Counted from the first letter of the stretch, positions 19,194 to 29,341 are shown. The stretch: 64,000 bases of DNA from Minisyncoccota bacterium (GCA_041664625.1 JBAYKK010000002.1:7755-71754), one strand, 5' to 3'. The notes: a model not told the origin generated them from the sequence alone. A program made the numbers and translations.

Positions 19194-20255
19194 TTAGTTT
19201 TCTAATAATTTGAGTACTTCAGAATTGATGAGGATGGTAGAAACATAAATACGGGCATTGGTTTCGGAAGCGCTAGGGTAGTGCTTCATAACTTCTTTAA
19301 CTTCGTTTTCCAAAATTTCTTTGTTTGGCTCTAGTTTTTCTGCTTCAGCGATTTTATTAAATATGAGTTGGATTTTGGCCTTTTTTTCAGAACTGTCCTT
19401 CAAATCTTTTTTCAAGTCATCTTCACTCTTTTTGATCTGGGTCAAATAATCGGCAAATTTACCACCCGCTCTTTCTATTTCATCTTTCATTTGGGCCAAA
19501 GATTTTTCGGTCTCGCTCTCTACTAATATATTAGGCAATTCGATATCGGTTTTTTTGACCAAAGCTTCCATGATTTGAGCTCTAGTTTTTTCTATGTTTC
19601 TGGCCTTCTTTTCGGCTACTATGTTTTCTTTTACTTTTTCTTTGAGTTCAGCCAAACTTTTAAAATTACCAGCTACTTTGGCGAATTCATCATCCAAAGC
19701 TGGTAAATCCTCATCTTTGATTTCTGGGTGGTTGTGGCCCGTCTCATCTTTATGAGCTTCATGCCAATCAAAATGCGCCTTGTTCCTTCGGATTTGCAAA
19801 AGTACATCTTCTAATTCTTTGTCTGTTGCCTCAGTTTTTTCTTCCTTGCTTGCTACTTGCTGCTTGCTACTTGCTGCTATTTTCTTATAGTCTGGCAATG
19901 TGAATTCTGGCATCACAGCAAAAACTACTTTGAATTCAACTGGATTGCCCAAGGCCAATTTGGTGATAGAAACTTTAGGTTGGCCGATTATGTCCAATTT
20001 GGCCTCGCTTATGATTTTAGGGAAGTGTTCTTTGAGTAATATATCAGCCGCTTCTCCCAATATTTCTCCTTCGTCTATTTTTTCAATTACTACGTTTTCT
20101 GGTATATGGCCTTTTCTAAAACCGGGGACGTCTAGAGATACACCAAACATATTTATGGCTTTTTTGCGGGCGGATACCAAAAAATCAGCGGGTATGGATA
20201 CTTCCATTTCCACTTCTGATTTTGGTAATTTTTTTATTTTGAATTCGTACGACAT
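19194..20255 (-). CDS. tig: trigger factor
   Basis: N-terminal ribosome-binding domain, PPIase region GFRKGHIP; 353 aa (short form). Confidence 0.8.
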   Translation of the reverse strand: MSYEFKIKKLPKSEVEMEVSIPADFLVSARKKAINMFGVSLDVPGFRKGHIPENVVIEKIDEGEILGEAADILLKEHFPKIISEAKLDIIGQPKVSITKLALGNPVEFKVVFAVMPEFTLPDYKKIAASSKQQVASKEEKTEATDKELEDVLLQIRRNKAHFDWHEAHKDETGHNHPEIKDEDLPALDDEFAKVAGNFKSLAELKEKVKENIVAEKKARNIEKTRAQIMEALVKKTDIELPNILVESETEKSLAQMKDEIERAGGKFADYLTQIKKSEDDLKKDLKDSSEKKAKIQLIFNKIAEAEKLEPNKEILENEVKEVMKHYPSASETNARIYVSTILINSEVLKLLEN

Positions 20256-20320
20256 CCCGTAGTAGATTTTGGCTATGTTATCACGATTCCGTAGGAATTA
20301 TAGCCAAAATTCACTACGGG
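20256..20320. repeat. MITE-like palindromic element, copy A, abutting tig start codon
   Basis: cccgtagtagattttggc...gccaaaattcactacggg. Confidence 0.7.
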
Positions 20321-20361
20321 AACACCGCACTAGTCTATCAAAATATGATTATTCCGACAAG

Positions 20362-20676
20362 TTATTGCAACTGTGCGTCGATGACTGCGGCGCCTTGGTC
20401 CAAATTGTTTATGTCGGTGGCGTTGAGGTCGGCTTGAATTGAGTCTAATTGATCAGAAGTGCTTTGAGTATTTAATGAAGCGGTTACAGAATCGATATTA
20501 TTTGTTTCTGAGACAGGCATGTAGGGGGTAGCTGGAGTCCTTTGTTTAAGGAAATACAAACCGGCAATTATTATAAGGGCCAAGATAATAATTACTGCTA
20601 TGAGTGGTCCAACTGATTTTTTTTCTACGACCTCTCCAGACATTGGGGGCATTTGATTTGGATTGAATGTGTCCAT
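20362..20676 (-). CDS. small single-pass membrane protein, hypothetical
   Basis: 104 aa, one TM (LIAVIIILALIIIAGLYFL). Confidence 0.5.
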   Translation of the reverse strand: MDTFNPNQMPPMSGEVVEKKSVGPLIAVIIILALIIIAGLYFLKQRTPATPYMPVSETNNIDSVTASLNTQSTSDQLDSIQADLNATDINNLDQGAAVIDAQLQ

Positions 20677-20706
20677 TTTTTTTAATTAAATTTATAATTT
20701 GTTTTT

Positions 20707-21405
20707 TTAATCTTCAATTTTATTAGTGGTTGTGGCAGTAGAAGTAGCTGAAGCGTGTTCTTTTTCAAATTTGTTTTGCCCCCTTTTAAGATTTTCAACT
20801 ACGTTCACTAATGCCTCATGAGCTTTTTTGATATCTTCTTTGACTTTTTCAATTTGTTTTTTGAGAGCTTCAAAATCTTTTTTTATGGTTTGGACTGTGG
20901 TTGAAGCGGCTGATACTGTCGTAGAAGCTGTGCTGGTAGAAATACCAATCAAACTAATACTGGTTTTGGCTATTTCTATTTTGGCCCTGGCTACAGTCAT
21001 GAGTTCTTTGGCTTTAGCCACATCAATTTTTTCGGCTTCCATTTTTGTTATCCTGGAATCTATACGATCGGCCAATTTCACTAATCTGTTTAAGGCGGCG
21101 CCAAACCTCTCTTGTGTGTTTTTAAAAAATTTGTCTACCTGTTCTTTTATTTTACCTACGACGTTTTGTCTTCTTTCTTCAATTGTGTTTTTAACTTCCT
21201 CTTTTTTTTGTTCCACTTCTTGTTTCAAATTTTCTCTTTGAGCTTCTATACCATCTTTGATGGTCTCTCTCTTTTGTTCCATTTCTTGTTTTCTGATTTC
21301 ATTTTGTTCTTGGTTATCGTCGGTAGAAGTGCTAGTTTCACCGAAAGTTAAAACAGGTGATACTAATAAAGCCATAAAAACTAAAAATGTTATTTTTTTA
21401 ATCAT
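20707..21405 (-). CDS. secreted coiled-coil protein, hypothetical
   Basis: Signal peptide MIKKITFLVFMALLVSPVLTFG then E/K/Q-rich heptad-like sequence; start chosen at internal ATG 21403-21405. Confidence 0.55.
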   Translation of the reverse strand: MIKKITFLVFMALLVSPVLTFGETSTSTDDNQEQNEIRKQEMEQKRETIKDGIEAQRENLKQEVEQKKEEVKNTIEERRQNVVGKIKEQVDKFFKNTQERFGAALNRLVKLADRIDSRITKMEAEKIDVAKAKELMTVARAKIEIAKTSISLIGISTSTASTTVSAASTTVQTIKKDFEALKKQIEKVKEDIKKAHEALVNVVENLKRGQNKFEKEHASATSTATTTNKIED

Positions 21406-21487
21406 TTTATTTTTGTTAGATAATAAAGTTCTACGCTGAACATGTTCAATTATACTACAAAAACAAAATTGCAAAAATAAAATGTGT

Positions 21488-22624
21488 TTATTCGGCCACT
21501 TCCAGTTCTTCGCCTTTGGTAGATTTTATATCTATTCTCCAGCCGGTGAGTTTGGCTGCCAGTCTCACGTTTTGACCACCTTTACCGATTGCAAGTGATT
21601 GCTGATCTTCAGAGACCACTACATTGGCTTGGTGGCTTTCTTCGTCCACTTCAATTGATGAGATTTTGGCAGGGGAGAGAGCGTCTTCAATGAATTCCAT
21701 TGGGTTTTCTGACCACTCTATGATGTCTATCTTTTCGCCGCCCAACTCAGATGTCACGGTTGCTACTCTTACGCCACGTTGGCCAACTAGTGAGCCGACT
21801 GGATCAATGTAGTTATCGTTTGAACCGACTGCTACTTTAGAACGTGAACCGGCTTCTCTGGCTACTGATTTTATTTCAATTGTGCCGTTGGCAAGTTCAG
21901 GAGCTTCGTTTTCAAAAAGTTTTATAAGGAATTTCGGATGTGAACGAGAAAGGCGCAAAGAAACACCTTTTGGACCATCTTCTACTCGATACAAATAAGC
22001 TCTGACTCTTTCTCCTTGAGCGAATCTTTCGCCAGGCATCTGTTCTTCGTAAGGCAAAATACCGACCGATCGGCCGACATCTACAAAAATATTTCCTCGT
22101 TCTACTCTCTGGACTGTGCCAGAAATAATTTCTCCTTCTCGGGCACCAAATTCTTTCAATACAGAAGATCTCTCGGCTTCTCGTATTTTTTGCATGATAA
22201 CTTGTTTGGCAGTTTGGCTTGCGATGCGACCGTAATCTCCTTTGGATTCAATTGGGAAAATAATCTCATCACCCACGGAAGTACCTTTTTTAATTTTTTG
22301 AGCGTCAGGCAAAAGAATATGGTGTTCAGGGTTGAAGAGCACTCGGTCATCATCTTTAGCCTCGGCTTCTTCCAAGGCTTCTTCCAAGGCCTCTTTGTCC
22401 ATGAATACTTTGGTGTCATCCACTACGATTTTGACTTGGCTCATCTCTACCCCACCACTGCGCAAATCGAAATTAGCCCGGATGATCTGGCCGCGTTTGC
22501 CGTATTCTTTTTTGTAAGCAGTCGCCAAAGCCATTTCTATAGCTTCTATAACTTTGTCTTTTGGTATACCTCGCTCTTCTTCTAATTGATCAAGGACTGA
22601 ATGTATAACTTTTAAATCAAACAT
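21488..22624 (-). CDS. nusA: transcription termination/antitermination factor NusA
   Basis: N-terminal domain, S1 and tandem KH domains, 378 aa. Confidence 0.85.
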   Translation of the reverse strand: MFDLKVIHSVLDQLEEERGIPKDKVIEAIEMALATAYKKEYGKRGQIIRANFDLRSGGVEMSQVKIVVDDTKVFMDKEALEEALEEAEAKDDDRVLFNPEHHILLPDAQKIKKGTSVGDEIIFPIESKGDYGRIASQTAKQVIMQKIREAERSSVLKEFGAREGEIISGTVQRVERGNIFVDVGRSVGILPYEEQMPGERFAQGERVRAYLYRVEDGPKGVSLRLSRSHPKFLIKLFENEAPELANGTIEIKSVAREAGSRSKVAVGSNDNYIDPVGSLVGQRGVRVATVTSELGGEKIDIIEWSENPMEFIEDALSPAKISSIEVDEESHQANVVVSEDQQSLAIGKGGQNVRLAAKLTGWRIDIKSTKGEELEVAE

Positions 22625-22647
22625 AATATGCGAATTAACGAATAAAA

Positions 22648-22685
22648 TAACTCACCCCCAACCCCTCTCTTACATTAAGAGAGGG
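22648..22685 (+). repeat. R-family hairpin repeat copy R4
   Basis: aactcacccccaacccctctc-ttacattaa-gagagggg. Confidence 0.7.
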
Positions 22686-22783
22686 GAAAACGAATAAATA
22701 AGAAAGAAAAAATCCGCGGGTAATGCGGAGTGACAATCTTTCAGTATTAAAACCATTATATACCCAAGAGGGTAAACAGTCAA

Positions 22784-22852
22784 CCCCGTAGTAGATTTTG
22801 GCATTGTGGCAAAGCCACCGCACGAAGTGCAATGCCAAAATTCACTACGGGG
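22784..22852. repeat. MITE-like palindromic element, copy B (flanked by GTCAA direct repeat)
   Basis: ccccgtagtagattttggcattg...caatgccaaaattcactacgggg. Confidence 0.7.
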
Positions 22853-22916
22853 TCAAGCCTGCTTTATCTACAGGTGCGCTTTGTTATTTAAATAACCTTA
22901 CCGTATAATTTGAAAC

Positions 22917-25900
22917 ATGAGTAATGAATCTCCCCAAAATCCACAACCTCAATATCCAGAAGGCTACGAAAATTGGCCTCAGGACGACAAAGAAGCTTTT
23001 GTAAAACTAAAAGAAAAGTTAGCCGATGCCGGTATAAAAATACAAATTGTAGAAGCCCAGATGAATCAGGGTATGTACAATGAAGACGAAAAAATTTTTA
23101 AGATTCGTCAAGACGCTAATGATGTCGACTACTTAACTGATTGTGCAGAAAATTCTATTTTTAAAGAACAAGATGGGGTGGATCAGCTGCCAGATCCGGG
23201 ACAAGTAGAAGATATTCACGAAGATCAAGAAGAAGAAACTGAAAAAGAAGATGATGAAGTAGAAGAAAATCGCGTGTTTGGTGGTGAAAAAGACGATGGG
23301 AGTATTGATAATAAAGTTTCTCCAGAACCAGCGATCGTTTCAGCCCCAGCCCCAGCCCCAGCCTCAACTCCGGAACTCCAAACAGAACCAAACACGAATC
23401 CAACTATTGAAGAATCAGGACTGGAAGGAGAAAAATTAGATAATTTTTTAAAAAAAATAGGTATTGCTTTTTTTGTTCACGGAGACGAGTTAGAAAATTT
23501 TAAAAAACTGTATCCTGGTCTTTTGGGAGAAAAATACAAAGAAATAAGAGAAGCATTTGAAGCTTTCTCTGGTAATGAAACTTTAAGAGAAAAGTTTTCC
23601 ACGGTAGTTTTGACTTATCCAAAGGAGTTGTATTATCCAAAAGTTTCTATTGAGCAAGAGATTAGGTTGTATGTAGATCTCAGGGCAACCAAAGAAGATA
23701 TAAGTGATTATCTCAATAATTTACCAGCTGAGGTACCGGGATCCCCAGAGCCGGGTCCATCAGAAATAAAAGAGGCTCTTGGTAAAAATGGAGAAACCAT
23801 AAAAGTGGGTGATAAAGTTGAGTGGGACAGTTTTACGGGTGAAGGGGTGGGTATGCTGGTTTCTTTTGAGAAAACCCCAGGCTCGCACATAAAAGCAATT
23901 ATTGATATCGGCTCAGATCGACAAATGGAAGTGTATGCAGACGAACTTTCTATTGTCAAAGATAATCCAGAGTTTGGGGCTGTGGTTCTGAGGTTGGTAG
24001 AAGAGGGCACAGAAAAAGAAAAACTTTTTGTAAGTCTCGACGAAATAAAAAGTATTATTAGTATTCAGCTTGGTCAGAGTGCAAAAATTGAAGAATTAAA
24101 TTTATCAGAAACTACTGAGGGTTTGCAATTAATGGTTAAACTGAATGCTGGAATGATGGGAGGTAAAATATCAATGGAAGGTAAAATAGTTAATATTGGA
24201 AATGATATCGCGGTTCAGGATTTGAATATTCAGGCTCGGGGTTATGTTAAATCTCAGATTGAAAGTAATGTTGCAAGCTTTAGTTCGATAATAAAAACAT
24301 ATTTTGAAAAACAAAAAGGAAAATCTGTATCAGGCCTACAAATAAGTGGTTCAGGATTAGTTGTAGAATTTGAAAATAAAAAAGCTCTAAAACCAACAGC
24401 AGTTACTTCTGAGTCTGATATTCCACCAGCCGCAGTTTCTACTGGAGAGAATCAGCCTGGTAATGGAGAGGAGTGGCAAAACTGGGAAGATTGGACGGAG
24501 TTTGAAAAAACGAGAGCTAGGAGAGCTAAAGGAGAAGTTGAGCATAGTCAAATAAGTGAAATCATAGATGGTATATATAAATCCCAAAAAAATAATATTG
24601 CTAAAAAAATAGAAGAAACTCTTAGGAAAAATGCCGGAGAAAATTTGACACCCGAACAAGAATTGGAACTGCGATCAAAAATAAACGACAAGATTTTTGA
24701 AGAGTTGGTCCAAAAGGAAAATGAGGCGTACTTAACGGTTTTGAAAGAAGCTCGAGGCGAAACTAAGATGGGTAAAGTGCTTGAAGGTGCCAAAAGTTTG
24801 CTCAGCACCAAAGCGGTGCAGTGGTATTTGGGGCTTTCTAAGACGCAGAGAATAGGGGTAAGTTTGGCGATTGGTGGTTTTGCTGGTTTTGCTATTGGTG
24901 GAGCGACTATAGGTGCGCTGGGGGTGGGAGGTTATTTAGGAAAAAGAGCTCTCACTGCTGTCACTGGTGCTGGAATGGGAGAATTGGTAAACAAAAAAAA
25001 GAGCTGGTCATTGGAAGAAATAAATAAAAATGAAGCAGAAGAAATTGAAGGTTTAAAAAAATCAGATTTTGATTTGGAAAAAAAATCAGAAAAATCTGCT
25101 GAAATAGATAAAAAATATAAAAAAGCAAGATTGAAAGCGGCTGCTTGGAAATTTGGTTTAACTGTCGCAGCTGGTGCTGGCACGAGTCTTTTGGCTAATC
25201 TTGCTGAAGGTGCATTTGTGGGTGTTGGTAGTGGTGGTGCTACCAAATCGGCTTTGGAATCAAAAGGTGGTAAATCTGCTCCTATTCAAGAAAGATTACC
25301 AAGAAAAGGTTTTGAACCAGGCCAAAAAACAGCTTCAGCTCCTGAAGGTTCTGTCTCAAAAACAACTGAATCTGTCGAGCCAACAAAATCATCTAGCCCT
25401 AGACCAGCCGAGGCCGTTATGCCAGAACCACAAATTGTGGCTAGACCAATACCATTCAAAGAAGTGCCAACTGAATCGGTGGTGATAAAGACACCAGCCG
25501 TATTGGAAATGTCAGAGCCATCAGCTCCAGAACCTGTGGTTTTAGAAAAAATATTTGATAATCCAGAAGTTTTGATACACGAAGTGAAAGCGGGGGATTC
25601 CACTTGGAATATTTTGAAAGAAACGCTGAATAATAACGAACAATTTAAAGGGTTAACCGAAGCCCAGCAGACTTATGTTTTGAGTAGTTTAACCAATAAA
25701 GTACTCCAAAATCCGCAGGATTACGGTTTGGGTGATGAGGGGGCTATCCAAATTGGAGATAAAACAGATTTCACTAAACTTTTTGAAAATACCAAAGAAG
25801 TAAATGCGATTTTTGAAAAAGCTAGTCAGACCATAACAGCCGGTGGCCCACAAGAAGTTTCTATTTTAGCCAACAATGCAAAGATCGCCAATTGGGTCAA

Positions 25901-26669
25901 CGCTCATCCAAATGAAGCTCTTACTGAAGACAAAGTAACTGAAATTTTAAGTACCAAAGAAATTTTGAGAGCCAAATATATAAATATGCCAATGCCAGAA
26001 GTTGCGACTGAACCATCGGTCACACAGACACCGGAAGTGCTAGAATTTTCAAAAGAACCAGATATTTTGCCAGAAGCCCTGGGGACACCAGAGGCACCAT
26101 TAGGGAAACCAACAGTAGATATGAATCCGGGGGAAACTGTCATGGCGGGGACCGGCTTAGCTGCCATGGGGCTTCTAAATAAAAACAATAGAAATCAATT
26201 AGAGGAGGAAATCAGGCAAGCCAAAGATAGATTGGGCGTACTTGAGGGCGGAAGAGCTAAAAACCCTAATTTGGAAAGGACTATGATGTCAGATTCTAAA
26301 TTTAACCAAGAGTTAGAAATGGCCTTTTTGGGCGAAATAGACAGTATATATGGCAAAAGTGGTTTGTTGGGTATAGGCCGAACACCGGGGATAAAGACCA
26401 AAGAATGGGCAGAAATGGCCAAAATTCCGGCTGTTAAGTTGGTAGAATATTATACCGGCGATTCTACAAAGGCTGGGCTTGCTCCAGACATTATCAAAAA
26501 ACTCACTATGAAAAATCATCAAACTTTGATGAGACAAATGGCGGGTCTCATGGAACAATCAAATGGAGCGGTCAAGCCGTTTGAAAATGAAAACGTAGAA
26601 CAATTTATTAGAAGATTGGGGGGCTATGTTTTGAGGACTCATTCTCAAAATTTAGCCAAAGCGGCATAA
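22917..26669 (+). CDS. giant hypothetical protein (1250 aa) with acidic/Pro-rich low-complexity, coiled coils and a Gly-rich TM cluster
   Basis: Single long ORF; PAPAPAPA and E/K-rich tracts; IGGFAGFAIGGATIGALGVGGYLG hydrophobic region. Confidence 0.7.
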   Translation: MSNESPQNPQPQYPEGYENWPQDDKEAFVKLKEKLADAGIKIQIVEAQMNQGMYNEDEKIFKIRQDANDVDYLTDCAENSIFKEQDGVDQLPDPGQVEDIHEDQEEETEKEDDEVEENRVFGGEKDDGSIDNKVSPEPAIVSAPAPAPASTPELQTEPNTNPTIEESGLEGEKLDNFLKKIGIAFFVHGDELENFKKLYPGLLGEKYKEIREAFEAFSGNETLREKFSTVVLTYPKELYYPKVSIEQEIRLYVDLRATKEDISDYLNNLPAEVPGSPEPGPSEIKEALGKNGETIKVGDKVEWDSFTGEGVGMLVSFEKTPGSHIKAIIDIGSDRQMEVYADELSIVKDNPEFGAVVLRLVEEGTEKEKLFVSLDEIKSIISIQLGQSAKIEELNLSETTEGLQLMVKLNAGMMGGKISMEGKIVNIGNDIAVQDLNIQARGYVKSQIESNVASFSSIIKTYFEKQKGKSVSGLQISGSGLVVEFENKKALKPTAVTSESDIPPAAVSTGENQPGNGEEWQNWEDWTEFEKTRARRAKGEVEHSQISEIIDGIYKSQKNNIAKKIEETLRKNAGENLTPEQELELRSKINDKIFEELVQKENEAYLTVLKEARGETKMGKVLEGAKSLLSTKAVQWYLGLSKTQRIGVSLAIGGFAGFAIGGATIGALGVGGYLGKRALTAVTGAGMGELVNKKKSWSLEEINKNEAEEIEGLKKSDFDLEKKSEKSAEIDKKYKKARLKAAAWKFGLTVAAGAGTSLLANLAEGAFVGVGSGGATKSALESKGGKSAPIQERLPRKGFEPGQKTASAPEGSVSKTTESVEPTKSSSPRPAEAVMPEPQIVARPIPFKEVPTESVVIKTPAVLEMSEPSAPEPVVLEKIFDNPEVLIHEVKAGDSTWNILKETLNNNEQFKGLTEAQQTYVLSSLTNKVLQNPQDYGLGDEGAIQIGDKTDFTKLFENTKEVNAIFEKASQTITAGGPQEVSILANNAKIANWVNAHPNEALTEDKVTEILSTKEILRAKYINMPMPEVATEPSVTQTPEVLEFSKEPDILPEALGTPEAPLGKPTVDMNPGETVMAGTGLAAMGLLNKNNRNQLEEEIRQAKDRLGVLEGGRAKNPNLERTMMSDSKFNQELEMAFLGEIDSIYGKSGLLGIGRTPGIKTKEWAEMAKIPAVKLVEYYTGDSTKAGLAPDIIKKLTMKNHQTLMRQMAGLMEQSNGAVKPFENENVEQFIRRLGGYVLRTHSQNLAKAA

Positions 26670-26694
26670 ATTAAAAAATAACTCAAAAATAGAG

Positions 26695-26994
26695 ATGAAC
26701 GAAGAATTTAACAAAAAAATAATCGAAGATTTTGGGCTGAGTAGCATGGATTCTAGGGAACAGGAGCGGATGATCGAAAAAATAGGCAATTTGCTTTTTG
26801 AATCTGTGGTAGAAAGGGCGGTGGATGTCATGGATGAAAATACCATGAATGATTTTGACGAGGCTGTGGGCAATGCTGGCAGTGATTATCAAAAAATTAT
26901 TGGTTTTCTCAAATCTCGTGTTTCTGGCTTTGATACTATAGTTTCCCAAGAGCTTTCCCGCCTCAAACGGGCTACTTCAGGTATTTTTGCTTGA
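26695..26994 (+). CDS. hypothetical small acidic protein
   Basis: 99 aa ORF, no family recognised. Confidence 0.45.
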   Translation: MNEEFNKKIIEDFGLSSMDSREQERMIEKIGNLLFESVVERAVDVMDENTMNDFDEAVGNAGSDYQKIIGFLKSRVSGFDTIVSQELSRLKRATSGIFA

Positions 26995-27018
26995 CACTCT
27001 ATTTTTGTTTGCTATGAT
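26991..27018 (+). promoter_or_regulatory. sigma70-like promoter TTGACA-N16-TATGAT upstream of tuf
   Basis: Hexamers read directly. Confidence 0.4.
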
Positions 27019-27088
27019 ATAAAATATTGTAAATAAGCAGGTTTTTAATTGCCTGCAAAAATTTATTATTTAATTTAATCAAAATATT

Positions 27089-28291
27089 ATGGCAGAAGCT
27101 TTTGATCGTTCTAAACCTCACGTAAACGTCGGTACCATTGGTCACGTCGACCATGGTAAGACTACTTTGACCGCATCAATTTTGAGAATCCTCGATATGA
27201 AAAAAGGCGAGGGTTATGGTGCTCGCGTTGAAGCCGTCGATAACATTGACAACGCTCCTGAAGAAAAGGCCCGAGGGATTACCATCGCCTTGCACCACAG
27301 TGAATATTGGACTCCTACTAGACATTACGCTCACATCGACGCTCCAGGTCACGCCGACTACATTAAAAACATGATTACTGGTGCTGCTCAGATGGATGGT
27401 GCCGTGCTCGTCGTTGCCGCTACTGATGGTGTGATGCCTCAAACTCGTGAACACATCCTTTTGGCTCACCAAGTGGGTGTGCCTAAGATTATCGTTTTCT
27501 TGAACAAATGCGATATGGTACCCGAACAAGATCTTATTGATTTGGTGGAAGAAGAAATTCGTGAACTTTTGACCAAAAACCATTATGACGGTGCTGCCAC
27601 TCCTATCATCCGTGGTTCAGGTCTCAAAGCTTTGGAAGCTAAAGATTTGGAAGACCCTTACGCTAAAGCGGTAGTAGAATTGGTCAACGCTCTCGATACT
27701 TACATCCCAATGCCAGATCGTGAACTTGATAAACCTTTCCTTATGCCAATTGAAGACATCTTCTCCATTGAAGGTAGAGGAACTGTGGTTACTGGTAAAA
27801 TCGAAAGGGGTGTCGTAAAAGTCGGTGAAGACGTAGACGTCATCGGTTTGCATGATGCTCAAAAAACTACTGTTACCGGTATTGAAATGTTCAATAAACA
27901 ACTTGAAAGAGGAGAAGCGGGGGATAACGCCGGCATCTTGCTCCGAGGTTTGAAAAAAGACGACGTGCATCGTGGTCAGGTTATTGCTAAACCAGGAAGC
28001 GTCACCCCTCATACAGACTTTGAATCAGAAGTTTACATTTTGAAGAAAGAAGAAGGTGGTAGACACACTCCATTTTTCACTGGTTACAAACCTCAGTTCT
28101 ACATCAGAACTACTGACGTGACTGGTGAAGTGACTTTGAAAGAAGGAGTAGAAATGGTTATGCCTGGAGACACCGCAACCTTCAAAGTCAAATTGGTAGC
28201 CCCAGTGGCCCTTGAAGAAAAACAAAAGTTTGCTATCCGCGAAGGAGGCAAGACTGTGGGAGCGGGTTTCGTAACCAAAATAGTTGCATAA
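27089..28291 (+). CDS. tuf: elongation factor Tu
   Basis: [25 protein letters not shown] motifs; 400 aa. Confidence 0.97.
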   Translation: MAEAFDRSKPHVNVGTIGHVDHGKTTLTASILRILDMKKGEGYGARVEAVDNIDNAPEEKARGITIALHHSEYWTPTRHYAHIDAPGHADYIKNMITGAAQMDGAVLVVAATDGVMPQTREHILLAHQVGVPKIIVFLNKCDMVPEQDLIDLVEEEIRELLTKNHYDGAATPIIRGSGLKALEAKDLEDPYAKAVVELVNALDTYIPMPDRELDKPFLMPIEDIFSIEGRGTVVTGKIERGVVKVGEDVDVIGLHDAQKTTVTGIEMFNKQLERGEAGDNAGILLRGLKKDDVHRGQVIAKPGSVTPHTDFESEVYILKKEEGGRHTPFFTGYKPQFYIRTTDVTGEVTLKEGVEMVMPGDTATFKVKLVAPVALEEKQKFAIREGGKTVGAGFVTKIVA

Positions 28292-28293
28292 AA

Positions 28294-28361
28294 ACACCTC
28301 ACCCCTAGCCCCTCTTCATCGTCTGTTCGATTCTGCTGAATCGCCTAGATTAGGAGAGGGG
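28294..28361 (+). repeat. R-family hairpin repeat copy R5 (expanded, extra inner hairpin)
   Basis: acacctcacccctagcccctcttc...cgattctgctgaatcg...ggagagggg directly after tuf stop. Confidence 0.65.
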
Positions 28362-28385
28362 AAAAGGAAAGGAACAAAAGATAAT

Positions 28386-28757
28386 ATGACAGAGAGTACA
28401 TTAAAAAAAGAAAAGAAAACAACAAAGGCTAAGGTCAAAAAAGAAGACCCTATCTCTAAGTTGCGCATCAGAGTCATGGCCTATGAATATAAAGTGCTTG
28501 ATATTTCGGTCAAGCAAATCATAGACACGGCTATGCGTTATGATGCCAAGATCGTCGGCCCGATACCTTTGCCAACTGAAATCAAAAAATGGACAGTCAA
28601 CCGTTCACCTTTCGTTTACAAAAATGCTCGTGAGCAGTTTGAAATGAGAGTCCATCGCCGAGTGATTGATATAGTGAACCCAAGCCCAAAAATAATGGAT
28701 TCACTGACCAATCTTTCTCTACCAAGTGGTGTGAGTATCGACGTGAAAATCATCTAA
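28386..28757 (+). CDS. rpsJ: 30S ribosomal protein S10 with N-terminal K/E-rich extension
   Basis: Core IRIRVMAYEYKVLDISVKQIIDTAMRYDAKIVGPIPLPT; start moved to ATG 28386 (RBS GGAAAGGAA) because track ORF start runs through repeat R5. Confidence 0.85.
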   Translation: MTESTLKKEKKTTKAKVKKEDPISKLRIRVMAYEYKVLDISVKQIIDTAMRYDAKIVGPIPLPTEIKKWTVNRSPFVYKNAREQFEMRVHRRVIDIVNPSPKIMDSLTNLSLPSGVSIDVKII

Positions 28758-28811
28758 TACGAAGTAACGAATAGATTACGAATTGCAACGAAAATTACTA
28801 CGAATCAAATC

Positions 28812-28838
28812 AAAAAACCGCTGAGAGGCGGTTTTTGG
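28812..28838 (+). terminator. rho-independent terminator aaccgctgagaggcggtt + TTTT
   Basis: Read directly after rpsJ. Confidence 0.65.
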
Positions 28839-28984
28839 TTATCAACAGCGGGTCTTGCGCTTATTTGGGGTTTGTGATATACTTAATTATGTGAGTGTGG
28901 GAAAGCAATTTTCAGCACAAATGAATGTCTGCGAAAGCGCCACCCTCGGGTGGCATTTTCGTTGGTTTTTGGCTATAAATTTGA

Positions 28985-29051
28985 CCCGGTAGTAGATTTT
29001 GATATCGCACTTAAAGTGCCGGCAAGGCCAATATCAAAATTCACTACTGGG
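28985..29051. repeat. MITE-like palindromic element, copy C (flanked by TTGAC direct repeats)
   Basis: cccggtagtagattttgatatc...gatatcaaaattcactactggg. Confidence 0.7.
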
Positions 29052-29079
29052 TTGACTTTATTTTTTGAGGGAGTATAAT
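29052..29079 (+). promoter_or_regulatory. strong sigma70-like promoter TTGACT-N16-TATAAT; -35 box lies in the MITE target-site duplication
   Basis: Hexamers read directly. Confidence 0.5.
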
Positions 29080-29099
29080 TAAAGCACAGTTTAAAAGAT

Positions 29100-29120
29100 C
29101 CCCCGAAAGGGGTTTTTTCT
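29100..29120 (+). terminator. hairpin ccccgaaagggg + TTTTTT shortly after promoter (attenuator-like)
   Basis: Read directly. Confidence 0.5.
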
Positions 29121-29164
29121 AAACAAAATTTTATTTTATAATATAAATAAATTAACAAACCATT

Positions 29165-29341
29165 ATGTCATTAATAAATTATTTTAAAGAAACTAAAGTT
29201 GAGCTTACTCATGTCAATTGGCCAACCAGGAAACAGTCGATAGTCTTTTCTATCGTGGTGGTTATCATCTCAATTTTGACTGCTTTCTTTTTGGGACTAT
29301 TTGATTTTATTTTTTCTAGGATTTTGAATTTATTCATTTAA
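29165..29341 (+). CDS. secE: preprotein translocase subunit SecE (58 aa; below the ORF-track length cutoff)
   Basis: Translated by hand: MSLINYFKETKVELTHVNWPTRKQSIVFSIVVVIISILTAFFLGLFDFIFSRILNLFI; conserved V.EL..V.WP...E + single TM; precedes nusG. Confidence 0.75.
   Translation: MSLINYFKETKVELTHVNWPTRKQSIVFSIVVVIISILTAFFLGLFDFIFSRILNLFI

Noticed and set aside
28284-28385. ORF-track start of rpsJ at 28284 (overlapping tuf stop)
   Set aside because: The first 34 codons are the translation of repeat R5. The in-frame ATG at 28386 has a proper RBS and gives a normal S10 with a lysine-rich extension.
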